64,000 nt of DNA, taken from assembly GCF_018350175.1 (NCBI RefSeq), contig NC_058368.1, positions 34,164,001-34,228,000 of the forward strand. The letters run 5' to 3'. The translations under genes were made by a program, and so were the position numbers. Below, one piece after another: positions 26,391 to 39,986 of the stretch. This DNA comes from Felis catus (taxonomy: Eukaryota). The number at the start of each line of letters is the position of its first letter. Position 1 is the stretch's first letter. Under the pieces are notes generated by a model. That model was given only the letters and a program-made list of their open reading frames with translations, made no database searches and had not been told where the DNA came from.

Positions 26391-29039
26391 AATAGTTATG
26401 ATTTATTAACTGGACACATGTTTAGATTTTTTTTTTTTGGTAAAACACAATTACACAATTTTTGCTTTGCTTGATTTTCAAAAAACTTATAATAACAAAA
26501 AAATGTTTCTGGGATGAAATATTAAACAGGAGACTCAGACAATGCCAAGCGATCCTCACATGTTGAGAACCAATTATCTCTACATGAGCTGGTGGGCAAA
26601 ACATCTGGTACAAATGAAGAATCCTCAGTTGAGTGAAGACGTTTGTAATTTTCCTTTTTGATGTTAATAAAAATTTAAGATTTTGTGTTATTTCTGAATA
26701 GGTAGAGCTGTGAACCAGTTTTTTTAACTTAACTAGGTCATTTTTATCAACTCTTCACATTTAACATTTTTTTGCTTTACCTTTCCTGCTTCTATGGTGA
26801 TCTGAGGAGAAAGGTATCACCTTGCAGGTACCTGAGGGCCATTGTTGAGGCAAGATTCAACAGGTTTATTTTTCGTTTGTTCTGTCAACTCTTTTATTTC
26901 ACTGTTAAATTTGTAAGTGTGAGTTTGCTCTTTGGTGACTCACAGATAGACACTATACCAGGTAAATTGTTGCACAAAGGAAACTTTGCAGCAAATAAGG
27001 AGATCACAGGTGATAACTTCCAAAGCTGTGACTCCCTGGGCAAGGGTGAATGGGTTCTTTATTTAGGGTTAAGTTGAATATTTAGATAGAGAAGACATCA
27101 TCATATGTAGGGATGGGTGTAAGGTCACACATGTGTGTCAAGGAAACATGCCTATACACACATTGCAAGTTATGTAAATGAAGCTTGTGTTCCTCCCTGG
27201 GTGGAGATATTAGTGTTATGAGGTAAAGGTCATTCCAGAGGTCACTCCATGGTCCATTGGTGCAGGTGTGAGTTGGGATTTCTTTCAAACTGGATTGGGT
27301 GGTCTGGGCCATCAGAGCTCTTCTTCTGGGCAGTTATTACATGGGGAGTAGTTTCAGTTTCCATCACAGGATGTTATACCCATAGGCTCTTCTGCCTGAG
27401 TTAAGAGATGAGCTGTAAAGAAAAGCTTAAGGAAAAATGTGGCATAGAGGTGAATGGATATAGCAGGTAGGCAGTAAAGGTCAGATCTTGGGGTCTGCCT
27501 GATGACAGATGGATTGATTGGCTGATAACTTCAGGTCAGTGCTATTTGTTTCTCAGATGAGCGCTAATTTTTAGAATTACCCTTGCTGCCACTTAAAGAA
27601 GCAAGGATATAATGTTTTCCCCTCAATGGAAGCCTGACAGGATGGCAGCAGTTAAGAGGAAAAAATTGCAGATCATATCCTGGCCTCTCTTCTGATCAAC
27701 CTAGCCAGGACTGAGTATATTACAGATGCCCTCTCCAATCAGAAAACCTGAAGGAGCAAGCACAGGGTGGTGAAAGTGAGGTGAGGAATGGAGAAGAGCA
27801 AACGTGGTAGAGGCCTTGGGATCTGGGGCAACAGGACCATTCCCTGCCTTTTCTGTGTCTAAATGCCAACTCTGACCCTTATTATCTATCGGTAAGAATG
27901 ATCACGGGTGGAAAGTTGACTTTTCTATAAGGTCCATTTTCTTCATGTATGACATGGATGAAGACTCATGACAGAGAGACCCACAAAACTTGAGTCAGGG
28001 GTATGTCGTTTTTAAGGGATCAACATTTCCCTTTCTGTTCTGATTCCACAAAGTCTAAGAAGCAATTCCTGGAAATACTCATGATGTGTTTGGAGAGTAA
28101 GGACAATTTCCTCCTACTATTTGGAACATTTAATGTGCTGCTTGAGTTGCAGGGGGGGAGGGTGGGATTCAGATATTTAATGAACAGACTTAACACACAA
28201 TGTGCAATTTTTTTGTTTGTCTCACAACACCAATAAGGAGCTAACAGAGCTCACAAGCTCCTTTATAATGGGATGAATGACTGTTGTATTATAATTGCAA
28301 ACAAAGCTGCAGATGCAATTCAAAATTCTTTTTATGCTTGCAAATATGCTGCTTATTGTTTCTTGTTTTAGAAGCAGCCTTAATTTGCACTGAAAATTCT
28401 GTTAGCATCTTATTTTCATAAGACCATGTATCTTTTAACATGGATCTATTTTTTTTCAATTGGTGAATACTTTTCTAGGAAAAATGTTTACTAAATTCAT
28501 GAGGCCAGCACTATTCCTGCTGCTATAATTAAGGTACAGTACTTATACCTTAGTCATAAAAATATTCACTCCAGAAACTCATTTTACGGGCGAATTTTTA
28601 GTGTATAGCTTTCCAAAAAAGCTTTTGGGCATATTTTATTTATATATCCATATATACAGAAATGTGTTCAACATATTTTTTAAAACTTCTTCTTGGGAGT
28701 CATAAAGCAGATTTTCAGACAAATATTTAAATGAATAATATTAGAGAACTTGTAAATGTGTATAATGGATGGATTATTTGAAATTCTTTACTTTTTTTAT
28801 TTCTAAAATGTTTTTACATCTGTATGAATGGGCTTTCTAAATAAAACCATAATTCATCATTAAAGATAATTTATGAGGAACTTTAGATATGTATCTTTTC
28901 TTTTTATGTACACTCAAACTTTTTTCTATGTTTTCCTAAATATGCTGGAGATATGTATGTCCGTGAATTAAACCAAACGATATTAGTTACAATATTCAAA
29001 TTTAAATGCCCGTTTACCGTATTGTTATGAGTTTAACAG

Positions 29040-29220
29040 TGTGAACAAGTATGACTGTCATGATAACTCTATAATGTAGAAAATGTTTATTTCCATTTTA
29101 CAGATGAGAAATTATGGCACAGAGATTTATTTACTTGCCAAAACCATAACGCTAGTGACTTATAGAACTAGTTCTAGACTATAGAACAGATTCCAGACTG
29201 TTTGAATCCATTGCCATATT
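29040..29220 (-). mobile_element. MIR SINE
   Basis: ccattttacagatgagaaattatggcacagaga..acttgccaaaaccataacgctagt is the MIR core. Confidence 0.8.
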
Positions 29221-30714
29221 TCTATCAAAAAAACTGAGTCACATTATTAATTCTGGTCAGCCTAATGAATTGGTTTGTTATTTTCCATCCACAATAAATT
29301 GCTTATTCTTGACGACAAAAAAAAAAAAAAAAAAGGTACAACCTTCAGCTATAGAATTTCCCTCTGGATGGCCATCTAATGGCTGGGCATGGCCAATTTG
29401 TATTTTCCAAATATATTTCTCACTGTTGATTATAACATTGCTAAAATTAACTTAAATAATTAAATAAATCATCTCTTGTCCTTATTTTAGATACTGGTAC
29501 CATATTGGGTAATAATTATGAATCCATCATTTGGGAGACTTATATCTGTATAATCATCATTTTAATTTGCCCCTGGGGAGATGATATTGGAGTCTACTAT
29601 AAAATATTTTAAAAAAGATCTTATTTCTAAGTAAAAGAAAGTTAAACACATTAAAGGCTTTATTCATAATTACCTTTGCTGTTCTGTACCAGAGAAGAAA
29701 ACAACTGAAAACGACAATCAGCTAAGAAATAGTAAAAATTCCTCGGAAGAACCACTGAGGAGCTCCCATTGTGTTTACAGCTTGAAATGTTTCAGTTTAT
29801 TTCTATTGTGTGGGATTTCTTAATTAATGTTAAATCGTGTTCTTGTGTAAGTCAGAGGCCATCTGTTGGATTGATGTTGCTCACCGGTGATGCCATAATT
29901 GTGAATCTTTTAGGACAGTCATCAAACCTAGTGCCTTCTTCCTTTCTTGCAGCTTGCCTTCCTGATTCCTGCTGCAAGAACTTGTTAAAGAGAGCAGGAG
30001 ACAGCAATATTGTAGTGTTCTTGGAAATCTGCATGTAGGAAAGCAAGTAAATGCATATTCACCATGTGCATAGTTCATGGAGTGATGAGGACAATATGAG
30101 CCTCAGAGGGAATGATTGTTTCACAACAAGGAACTCATGCATTTCAAATTGCTCGACACCTGGGCTTGAAATAAGTCCATACTCCTGTTGGTAAATGCTA
30201 CTGCTGGAGCACTGGCAAGAAGACTGACAGCTTGAAGGGGCATTCACAAAGTCATACAGCACGTTAATGTTGGTAATGTGTCTTTTTTTTCCTGATTGGC
30301 GAGATAACAAGAAAAAAATTGGCCACATCTTCCTAGGTCTGCATCTGGTTGCATAGCACAATGCGGACAGAGATTCTGCATTGAGTTTATGGATTTTAAT
30401 TCTCATTATTTCTGCTTGTACAAGTATATTTTGCTGAGAGTGTATAAAGCACTGAATATTATCTGGCATTCTATTTCTTTCATGTCCTTCATCACATTAT
30501 ACTATTATTTATATCCTTTTGCTTTTCTGTTGTATTTTCTCCACACTGTCTGGCCTTTGCCTTATAGAGGATTATAAATTCTTGTATGGAAAGGATAAAT
30601 ACCTGATTACTCTTTGTTCTGTGCACAAACATGCTTTTCAATAGATTTATTGGTTATATTGAGTACAAACTACTTAAAAATATATTAAGTATCTCTTTTC
30701 TTTCTCTGTCATTT

Positions 30715-30810
30715 ATATATATCTCAACATATATATATATATACATATATATATCTATCCATACATACGTGTGTGTATGTGTGTATGTATATGTGTATGT
30801 GTGTGTGTGT
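30715..30810. repeat. (TA)n/(TG)n compound microsatellite
   Basis: Direct reading. Confidence 0.9.
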
Positions 30811-33199
30811 GCAGATGTAGTTCGCACAAATGCTCCTGAAATAAATAGATCTAAGACTCTTAACTCCCACTTTCCATCCCATTTATTCTTCTTAACATAT
30901 GCCCCATACGCTGTGTATTAAAGGTTTACTTTGGACCTTTTCAATTGCAACTACACACATTATCTTTGCAGTACTGGAAAAAAATAGAATTGAGTCAGCT
31001 AATCACAGATCTGGAAAATAAACACACAGTGATTGTTCCTCTGAAACCTTAGAGAAAATCTGACAGCACACTCTGTAGCTATTCATATCACTTTTTTGAA
31101 AACAAGTCCTGTCTTTAATCTGTTATTTGGTTTCAAACCTGCTTTTGATCCATTATTCACTTTGAAATTCAAAGATTTGTTCAGACATTCACTTTAGCCA
31201 TATATTCTAAAATTGCACCCACAGTTGAGAAAGATGAAGCTCTACAACAATAGCATTTTCTTAATTTCTCAGATCATAGAAACACATAGGAACTACCAAA
31301 CTGCCAAACTCCTCTGAGCTGACTTCCCCTCAAAGAAGCACAATGATTGGGATTCAAGCAATTAGAAAACAATTAATTTTTGCATTGTTAGCTAAATACA
31401 GTAATAATGGAAACTAATAACTAAGCAAATATTGAAAGGTTCCCCAGCACTTCTTTCAATGAGCAGGAAAATTCGGGATGATCAGCATCTTATGTCAGTC
31501 TGTCCTAGTCCTTGTCCAATACGTCACATTTTTCTTCAATGACTGAATAGTGATTAATTTGAGAAACAACATAACACAAGAAAAAAGGCCAACAAAGTAA
31601 CCCATATTATTTACACCGGCTAGGATTCAGCACAGGATGACAGCCAACAGGAGCTGCTTACTAACAACAGAATTGCCTGGTGCTTGCGGGGGTGCTGGAT
31701 GGGAGCGGACTTTGCTTAGCTGAGGCCCAGGAGCTAAGCAGGAGCAGCCGAGGTCATCCCTGGGACTGGCTTGCACCTTAACGTTATTTTCCTAAAGTTT
31801 TCCAATCAGCAAATTAGTTTGCCTTCTTAGAGATAATGTGAGTAAAAGGAAACAAAGAAGCCAAAGGAACTCCTAGGGAAAATTCCTCCCCACAGAAACT
31901 AAGGCGTGGGGAAAAGACTCATTTCTCACAGCATGGAAAAGCTACGTTGTGATTTCAAAACAACATTGCTTTCTTAATGAACTAGATCCCTCCTGATAAT
32001 CTTGTTTAAATGATTACTGTGGTTAGTGAATTCCCCTTTTATAAAGCATTAGACAGTTCTACCTATTTTTTAAATCATAAGAATTCTTAAAATCTCGGAA
32101 TGAATGTGTTCCAAGTAATATGGCACTGATTTGAAAAGTAGCTGTGAGAAACGCCCTTTTGTTACCAAAAAGGCCCTCAGTATTATTTTCGCTATGAAAT
32201 GTTTTCAAAATAGGGATTGCCGTTTCCCACCGGCAAGTGGTGATCAATCCTGTTACGACTAAATTGTATCAGTGCATGTCAGTGAAACTTCAGTCATCCT
32301 CATACAGAAACCACAATATTAACAACATTTTATTTTGAAACAAAATTTGTAATTTTTATTGGTTCATGATCATGATTTTTGACCAGCCCTCAAAGAACTT
32401 AAACCATTTGTAATGGAAGTTTCAGATTTAAATACTGGCATTTATTTTAAATTATGTCTATCTTAGAGAGCATTCATAAAGTTTTAAGTGAATGCCTGCA
32501 TCTAGTAATTTTTATAGGATGTATTTTTAAAATACACCTTATCATTAGGTGGACTAGTTGGTAATACCCATATTCATGGAAAATATTAACCGTCTCTCCC
32601 TCTTTCTCTATCTAATCTCTGTGTGGAGTATCCTGCTTTTTAAAACTGCTTTCCTATTTTCCTCATAGTTTTTTTTTTTTTTTTTAACGAATGTATATAA
32701 CGAATGTATAATTTAATGTCTGGGGCATGTTTCAGGGACAGGATATGTGTCATTTGAAGACAATTCACAGGCGATAATTATCTCATTAACCATCACTGTT
32801 GAGAAGCATACAAACTCCCACCTGATTTGACACCCTTCTTTTTCCACTCCTAACAGAATCTCCACTTTCCTCACGCCAAACATCTTCTCTCTCATTCATC
32901 CCGCCAACGCAACTCTTGCATTAACCCCAGTGTTGCTCACAAGTTTGCAGATGATGCTTTACCCTCAAGGCTGATTTGAAATATATTTCAAAGAAGTCTT
33001 TTTCAACTCCCAGGGTTAGAATTTGTTGACGTACAGTCTGTACCCAGATTGCTGCTTTCCTCCTTGCTTTCTCACCTTTCAAATTGAGCGGCTTGAATAA
33101 AGGGACCGTGCCTCACCATGCCATTGGAAGGGCACTACTATAATATAGTCCCTGCAGTCTTGACACTTACAACCTAGTATAATGAGCTGGCTACTCATC

Positions 33200-34154
33200 C
33201 TTCATCCATTTGCAACGTATGGCTATTTCTGGCTGTTCCTCAGTTTCTGTCCTGGATCCTCATCTGTTTTTTTCTGTGTTCTGCATATCCTCCTGGAGCA
33301 GCCCAATATACTCATGTTTTCTGCTATCGTGCATTTTAACTTGTAAACCCAAATTTCTAGACCCGAAATTGCATATCACTCATGGTTGGCTCTTCATGAA
33401 TTCTCTATTAGTACCTAAAATTACTAGTAAAATAATGTGAATAAATTCTCTGTCTTCCCCCCAATTTCCTTCTTGCCTTATTTTGATGAATGGCCCCATA
33501 GTCTACTAAATTTCAAACTAGATTTTGTGAATTATCTATAATTCCTCCCTAGGACAATAGTGTTGTGTTAATGCTTCCTTTTAATATCTCTCAGATATAG
33601 TCTTCCTTTTTTATTAAAATTTTTTTAAACATTTTATTTATTTTTGAGAGAGACAGAGTGCGAGCGGGGGGGGGGGGGTGGGAAGAGAGAGAGGGAGACA
33701 CAGAATCCGAAGCAGGCTCCAGGTTCCTAGCTGTTAGCACAGAGCCCGACATGGGACTTGAACCCACAAACTTCGAGATCTTAACTGACGGAGCCACCCA
33801 GGCGCCCCAGATATAGTCTTCCTTTTTGTCTCCTTTGCCATTGCCTCGTTTCAGGTTTTTCATTTCTCCTGTCTATAATCTCCAGAGCACCCATCCCCTC
33901 ACTAATCTCCCTAATCCATTTTGCCTTCTTCTAATCTGTTTCTACTGTATTTTAGGGGTAATCTTTCTGAGATTAAAATCTGAATCTCTTTTGTCAGTCG
34001 TTTTTTTTTAAATTTGCCCATTTTCTTCAGAATAAATTCCAATTTTCTTTTTATATAATATGAACTCCATAGTCTTTGACACGGCTTTTCGACTATTGCA
34101 AGTTTTGCTCTTCTTTCTTTCTCTTTTCCACCACACACACAGCCTATGGTAAAA

Positions 34155-34187
<33 letters not shown>

Positions 34188-34560
34188 TTATATATATATA
34201 TAAAATATATATATATATTTTCATTTTATCCATAAACGCACATGCTTTCATATTTCCCTAGGAATATCTGTCTATCTAGCATTTTCTTGTTTATGTTTTT
34301 TTTTTCCTAAACACAGCTCATAGTTTTGTACCTCTTTGAGGACTTTACTGCCATTCCCAAATCTAAGTAGTTTTCCTCTCTGCTTTTCCATATCTGTGCA
34401 TATTCCCATACTCTCAGTAATAATTCCATATTCGATACATGAGCTTTTCCAGCTAAACATAAATTGTTGAGGACTGAGGCCATATCTCATCTTCTTGTGT
34501 TTCCAGAACTTATTGCATTGCTTTATGTATTGTAGACATCCATAAATATTTTGAATATTC
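33200..34560 (+). mobile_element. Degraded L2 LINE, interrupted by a SINE and (TA)n
   Basis: gttcctcagtttctgtcctggatcctcatctgttt...ataaattgttgaggactgaggccatatct...gtagacatccataaatattttgaat resemble the L2 ORF2 end and 3' tail. Confidence 0.6.
33612..33808 (-). mobile_element. CanSINE with an internal deletion of about 25 bp and a poly-G run
   Basis: TSD agatatagtcttccttttt on both sides; gagatc joins directly to ttaactgac. Confidence 0.95.
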
Positions 34561-34747
34561 GAACAGTATCATGCTTTGGGCTTTCCTTCCTCTTACGGTG
34601 AATGTCATCTCCTTCTCATACTCACTCTCTGCAATCTAAATGCCCTCCATTTATGGTTCAGTGCCATCATCTCCTTTAGGACACCTTTGCTGACTGCTCC
34701 AGCTCTCCAACTTTGACGTAATTCAAGTATATCAATTATGATGACAC

Positions 34748-34961
34748 TTTTTTTCAATCTTTATTTATTTTTGAGACAGAGAGAGAGAGCACGCACATGC
34801 GTGGGGAGGGGTAGAGCGAGAAGGTGACACAGAATCTGAAGCAGGCTCCAGGCTCCCAGCTGTCAGCACAGAGCCTAACGTGGGGCTTGGACTCACAATC
34901 TGCAAGATCATGACCTGAGCCGAAGTCAGATGCTTAACTAACTGAGTCACCCAGGCACCCC
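34748..34961 (-). mobile_element. CanSINE
   Basis: TSD-like atgat(g/t)acactttt. Confidence 0.95.
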
Positions 34962-36031
34962 ATGATTACACTTTTATAACACTCTTGTGTTAGGATAGAA
35001 ACAGATGAATCTAATTTTCTCTCCACTCAACTTGTGGGTGTATCTCTAATCCTTGGACAAAGAATCTAGAGTGGGAAGCAGAAGTTGTGCACATAGACCC
35101 AACACTGTTCCTTGCTCTACACTTTTCTGTATGATTTCTTACTTAATTCTCTCTTTCCTCATCATACACAACCCCAGCGTGCAAACAACCATGGGAATCA
35201 TAGAATTTAATGCAATTCAAAATGATGATTTTTTTCCCATTCAATATTGTTTTCAGCAGAATTGGGATAAATATTCTTTTCAGTCTCTGGCTTCCTCAGC
35301 ATTTCTTCTCAAAACATACTTTTCTACATTTTTTTTTGCGATGTTTTCTATTAACATGTTATGTTATTGACGTCACAGAAATGTAGACTTGTAATGCCAG
35401 GAGGTGTGTCTTTCTATTCTCCAGTTATATTGCTATAGTACATAGATTAATAGCTGGCACTTGAGTGGCAAAAAAGGAATAATACAGGATATGTGGTATA
35501 ATAAGAAAGTGCTCTCCATGTGTACCAAAACTATACTTCATGAGTGTATCCATGGAGACAAGTGGCTTTAATGAATTCCCTGAGTGAACATAACTCCTTG
35601 TAAAGAGCTAATGCAGATGCCACAAATAAAGATTTCTATAAACTAGAAAATAATATCTCAAATCATTATTCTTTATCCACGTGGAAATAGTTTGGTAAAA
35701 TGGTCATGTTTGTGGGTAGAGTCAGACAAACTGGGGCCAAATACTAGTTTCCTCCATCCTGTATGAGTGATTTTAGACAATTCTACTGATCTCTAAATCT
35801 CATTAGAAAGAATTAGAATAATAGAACAACTCATAGAGATATTGTGAGGACTGAATGTTAAGTATATATATTAAGTAAGCTAGTAGCATGTGAGATATGG
35901 ACAAAACACAAAGAATATGTTAAATAAAGGTAGGTAAGTAAGTAGCATGCATGTGTGAAATAGAACAGAACTTATAAGGTGCACTAAATAGAAGAAGTTA
36001 GTAATCTATAACATATACTAAAATTAGAATA

Positions 36032-36255
36032 GGGGCACCTGGGTGGCTCAGTCGGTTAGGCGGCCTACTTCGGCTCAGGTCATGATCTCATAGTTCGCGA
36101 GTTCGAGCCCCGCGTCGGGCTCTGTGTTGATGCCTCGGAGCCTGGAGCCTGCTTTGGATTCTGTGTCTCCCTCTCTCTCTGCCCCTCCCCTGCTCATGCT
36201 CTGTCTCTTCTCTGTCTCTAAAAAATAAATAAATGTTAAAAAAATTAAAAAAAAA
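36032..36255 (+). mobile_element. CanSINE
   Basis: TSD taaaattagaata at 36019-36031 and 36256-36268. Confidence 0.97.
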
Positions 36256-37520
36256 TAAAATTAGAATAAACAGAAATGTGAGTGCTGTTTGTAGATAGAA
36301 GGTGCTGGAAAGACCAAATCATGATCATACTTCTGCCTGGCAGCTCCTGTTTGGCACCCGTTTGGTGATAGCACCACCAATGGCCCCACATATGTTCTAC
36401 CCCCAAAGTATGCAAATAAAATCCACGGCAGTTTAGCAGGTGAATCTGTGAGCCACACCTGTGGCCACATACTGGTCATGCTGTATGTTGGAGCACATGT
36501 GCATTAGATTTATCAGTACCCAATTGGTAAACTCTTCTACCTTCTCTACTTGCTATCTATCCTGAATATGTTATTTAATTCCATTGCTTTCCCCTTGCTT
36601 CTCATTGTGAGTTTTACACTGATTTAATAAACGGTGTGATTTAAGCAATTTAATTTGGTCAGTCCCATGACTCACAGCGTAACTTTTCTGGCTGTGACTT
36701 AGGGATTGTCAGAGTAATGGGGTGGTTTCTCATACAAAGTACTCTAAAGAAGTAGAAGATGGGGAAGGAAATCAGGAAGCACTTCATACGAAAAGATATA
36801 AATGAGTAAATATGTGAAAATTGTATTGCAATTAGTGACAAATCAAACACTAATAAAAATTAATAAAGTCATTTTTACTTCTTATGTGTGCAAATTTAAA
36901 AAAGAATAATAATGGTGAGTGTCAACAAGGATATCGAAAAATGAGTGTTCCCTGTAGATATACACATAGATGTACATATACTTATACATATAGTACAGAT
37001 ATAGATATATCAATACAGATAAAGATAGATATAGTTGGAACATAAGTTAATAAAAGCTTTTGGAGTGAAATTTGGTAATATATATGGAATCACATAAAAT
37101 GTTCCATAGTGTTTGACCTGGCAATTACACTAGTAATATATCATATGATATATCCACTAAAAATGTTATTGATACATTAATTAATGTGCTAAATATTAAT
37201 TCTGTATTTCTAATTCAGAGTACATATAATAGAATGTTTTTTTTTTGAAATTCAAATGCCTTTGTATGGTTATATATACTAACAATACCCAATAGGAAAT
37301 TTGGTAACTGATATTGGTACATCGGGATGGAAAGAATATTTTTGTGTTTTTCTTTCCTTTGTCTTTTTGAATGCCTGAATTTATTATGTTCCTACAAAAA
37401 ATATGGATACCTTGTGTAAAATATATATTAAAACCTACTTTATTTTTAATTTTCTTATTGTAAAATATAATGCAAATACATAAAATACAAATACTCAGCT
37501 TAAGAAATGATTATAAAGCT

Positions 37521-37750
37521 GGGGCGCCTGGGTGGCGCAGTCGGTTAAGCGTCCGACTTCAGCCAGGTCACGATCTCGCGGTCCGTGAGTTCGAGCCCCG
37601 CGTCGGGCTCTGGGCTGATGGCTCAGAGCCTGGAGCCTGCTTCCGATTCTGTGTCTCCCTCTCTCTCTGCCCCTCCCCCGTTCATGCTCTGTCTCTCTCT
37701 GTCCCAAAAATAAATAAAAACGTTGAAAAAAATTAAAAAAAAAAAAAAAA
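37521..37750 (+). mobile_element. Young felid CanSINE (SINEC_Fc-like)
   Basis: Intact CpGs, long A tail, TSD agaaat(g/a)attataaag. Confidence 0.97.
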
Positions 37751-38303
37751 AGAAATAATTATAAAGTAAATACCCATGTAACCAGCTCGACAAACAGAAA
37801 AGTGCCCACTCCGGAAGCATTATCATACCTGTTCTTGATCCCCCTCATTGGATCTGCTCCATTGAACAACTATCTTTCTTTTATGGGAATTATTTATTTT
37901 CATATTTTCTTCTTTAAAATATGAAAGAAATTCTCTCCTATTTCTAGTTTCTGGGAGCTCTTTGTTTTAATGATTTTATCAAATGCTTCTCTCAATCTAT
38001 TAAACAACCATATGATTTTTAAAGTCTGTCAATCTGTTGATGTAATGAATTAAAACTGCTTGCTTTCTAATCTTAGACACATTTTGCATTCTTTCCATGG
38101 ACCCATATTGTTCATATTAGAATTATTTTACTAATATTTGCATGTTTTTATGAATGAGATATTTCCACCAATTTCATCTCTTTGTAGTGCCCTGTCAAAT
38201 TTTGTTATCAAGTTCAGGCTACCTCATGAAAAAAGTTGGAGAATAAACTGCAACTATCTTTGCCTAGTCTTTGGAAAATTTTATGGGACATTAGGGAAAG
38301 TCC

Positions 38304-38828
38304 TTAGGTAGTCAGAACAACGGCTTCCCAAAGATGCCATTTTCTAATCCCCTGAATCCAAGAATACATTACCTTATAAGCGCAAGAGGGACTTTGTAGA
38401 CATGATTAAAAATGAGGACTTTGAGATGATGAGAATATTGTGGACTATCCAGATAAACCCAATCTAATCATATGAATTAAAAGAGGGGAAAAGGTTTCTT
38501 TGCTGTGGTCAGAGAAAGCGTGATACCAGTATGAGGGCCAGAGAGATGCTATATTGCTGGCACTGAAGATGAATTTAAGGGGTCAAAATCAAGGAATGAA
38601 TGTAGCCTCTAGAAACTAAGAATTGAAAAGAAACAGATTGTCCTTTAAGAATGCAATCCTGCCGTGATCTTGATGTTAGCCTAGTAAGATTAATGTTGCG
38701 TTTGACCAATATGTGTTGTAAAATTTACAATTTTACAATTATGATACAAAATTAATTTCATAATATGTGTTGTTTTAAGCCACTATGTTTGCGTCAATTT
38801 GTTACAGCAGCGATATGCAACTAATACA
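38304..38828 (+). mobile_element. MaLR solo LTR (MLT1D-like)
   Basis: ggtagtcagaacaacggcttcccaaagatg...tgttttaagccactatgtttg...atttgttacagcagc...actaataca terminal motif. Confidence 0.85.
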
Positions 38829-39064
38829 ATGTATTTTATAAATTTTATTGGAATTGGTGTTGAAGTTATAGGGCCTTGAGTAATATTGATGGAAGATATT
38901 TGAATGCTGATTTAATTTGGTTTATGGATTAATTTATATCTTAGTTTTTTAATTATTTAAATGACACTTAATAATTAATTTTTGAAGAATTCACTTATTT
39001 TTCCCTAAATTTTAAAACCTACTGCATACATTGCTCATAGTATGTATATTATCTTTTAACGATT

Positions 39065-39525
39065 ATATGTTGAAAACATAAAATGATATCCATCTTAACA
39101 AACTTTAAGTGTATAATTCTGTGTTGTTAACTAGAAGCACATTGTTGTACAGCAAATCTCTAGAGCTTTTTTTATTCTTGCCTGACTGAAACTCTATACC
39201 CATTGAAAAGCAACTCCTCATTTCCCCCTCCCCCAGTCCCTGACGACCACGGTTCTACTTTCTATTTCTATGAGTTTGATTACTTTGGATACATCGCAGA
39301 ATTAAGCAATATTTTTGTTCTGTGACTAGCTTATTTCACTTAACGTAACATCCTCAAGATTCACCCATGTTGTACCATATAACAAGATTTCCATATTTTT
39401 GAAGTTGAAAAATATATCATTGTATGTATACACTATATTTTCTTTATTCATTCATCAGTTCGTGAACATTTAGGTTGTTTCCACCCGTCATCAATTTTTA
39501 GTCTTCTTTCAAGAAATGTTTATGA
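39065..39525 (-). mobile_element. L1 (L1MA/MB-like) 3' fragment
   Basis: cacattgttgtacagcaaatctctaga...actgaaactctatacccattga...ttctgtgactagcttatttcacttaac. Confidence 0.85.
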
Positions 39526-39527
39526 AA

Positions 39528-39739
39528 GGGGCTCCTGGCAGGGGACTCAGTCTGTTAAGCGTCTGACTCTTGATTTTGGCTCAGGTTATGATCTCATGGT
39601 TTGTGGGTTCCCACCCTCATGGGACGCTGTGCTGACAGTGTGGATCCTGCTCAGGATTCTCTTTCCCTCTCTCTCTGCACCTCTGCCAATTGAGCACCCA
39701 CACTCTCTCTCTCAGAATAAATAAATAAGCTTTAAAAAA
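39528..39739 (+). mobile_element. CanSINE
   Basis: Head, (CT) tract, aataaataaa tail. Confidence 0.9.
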
Positions 39740-39770
39740 GTGTCTATTAAAGTCCTTTGCTTATTTTTTA

Positions 39771-39986
39771 AATTTTTTTTTCAGCGTTTTTATTTATTTT
39801 TGGGACAGAGAGAGACAGAGCATGAACGGGGGAGGGGCAGAGAGAGAGGGAGACACAGAATCGGAAACAGGCTCCAGGCTCCGAGCCATCAGCCCAGAGC
39901 CTGACGCGGGGCTCAAACTCACGGACCGCGAGATCGTGACCTGGCTGAAGTCGGACGCTTAACCGACTGCGCCACCCAGGCGCCCC
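39771..39986 (-). mobile_element. Young felid CanSINE (SINEC_Fc-like)
   Basis: Intact CpGs; TSD tttgcttattttttaa. Confidence 0.97.

Noticed and set aside
29852..30469. Overlapping minus-strand ORFs (64, 65 and 136 aa)
   Set aside because: I recognise no protein, and there is no consistent single frame or partner exons. Treated as non-coding.
32686..32711. 13-bp tandem duplication (taacgaatgtata x2); similar AT-rich micro-repeats at 56999-57035 and 61609-61680
   Set aside because: These are ordinary replication slippage or low-complexity sequence.
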